The position numbers were made by a program, and so were the translations under genes. From positions 3,640 to 67,639 of the forward strand of contig JAFGBK010000081.1 of NCBI GenBank assembly GCA_016933175.1: DNA of 64,000 nt, read 5' to 3'. Shown piece by piece: positions 63,116 through 64,000 of the stretch; positions within the stretch are counted from its first letter, which is position 1; each line of letters begins with the position of its first letter. Source of the stretch: Candidatus Krumholzibacteriota bacterium. Lineage in GTDB: Bacteria; Krumholzibacteriota; Krumholzibacteriia; JACNKJ01. Below the pieces are notes generated by a model. That model saw nothing but the letters and a program-made list of their open reading frames with translations, was not told the DNA's origin and did no database searches.

Positions 63116-64000
<885 letters not shown>

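Overview
This is a roughly 70% GC window from a diderm bacterium. Almost every gene from position 1 to about 54.9 kb is on the minus strand. The six-frame ORF track is full of long wrong-frame or antisense ORFs, which is expected at this GC content. It also treats GTG and TTG as M, and it omits ORFs that run off the window edge. I re-derived gene boundaries from recognisable protein sequence, third-codon-position GC, signal peptides and stop/start overlaps.

Content in order (all minus strand unless noted):
- Envelope biogenesis: a partial HExxH metallopeptidase fused to TolB/PD40 beta-propeller repeats, then tamB and an Omp85 (BamA/TamA-type) gene. A small lipoprotein gene diverges from this on the plus strand.
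- A conserved array: rseP-dxr-cdsA-uppS-frr-pyrH-tsf-rpsB, then rpsI-rplM and a sugar-phosphate isomerase-like TIM-barrel gene.
- An accessory outer-membrane cluster at 17.2-27.9 kb: two large secreted proteins with Por/T9SS-type C-terminal sorting domains, two lipoproteins (one NHL-like), and a FadL/PorV-type barrel translationally coupled to a TonB-dependent receptor-like protein.
- Housekeeping: mtnA-maf-dtd-relA/spoT-recJ.
- An RNA/nucleic-acid island: RNase P RNA (rnpB), an RNase H-like gene plus a COG1579 zinc-ribbon gene, and tRNA-Ile2/Met(CAT).
- rpoD-dnaG-mutS2-cvpA-yqeY-rsmE, then dnaJ-grpE-hrcA with no dnaK between grpE and dnaJ.
- hemW-lepB-lepA, a DUF5683-like gene, a selenocysteine tRNA (selC), an ambiguous short coding stretch, ridA, glmS, glmM and tRNA-Thr.
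- A plus-strand island: a small secreted protein behind a near-consensus promoter, then a FadL-like protein and a lipoprotein, closed by a hairpin terminator. tRNA-Phe follows on the minus strand.
- galE-uvrA (minus), mazG (plus), and a partial thrombospondin type-3 repeat protein at the window end.

I found no CRISPR array, transposase, integrase, or recognisable defence or toxin-antitoxin genes.

The most unusual items are selC with the unresolved coding signal beside it, and the TonB-dependent receptor/FadL-like/Por-CTD outer-membrane cluster.
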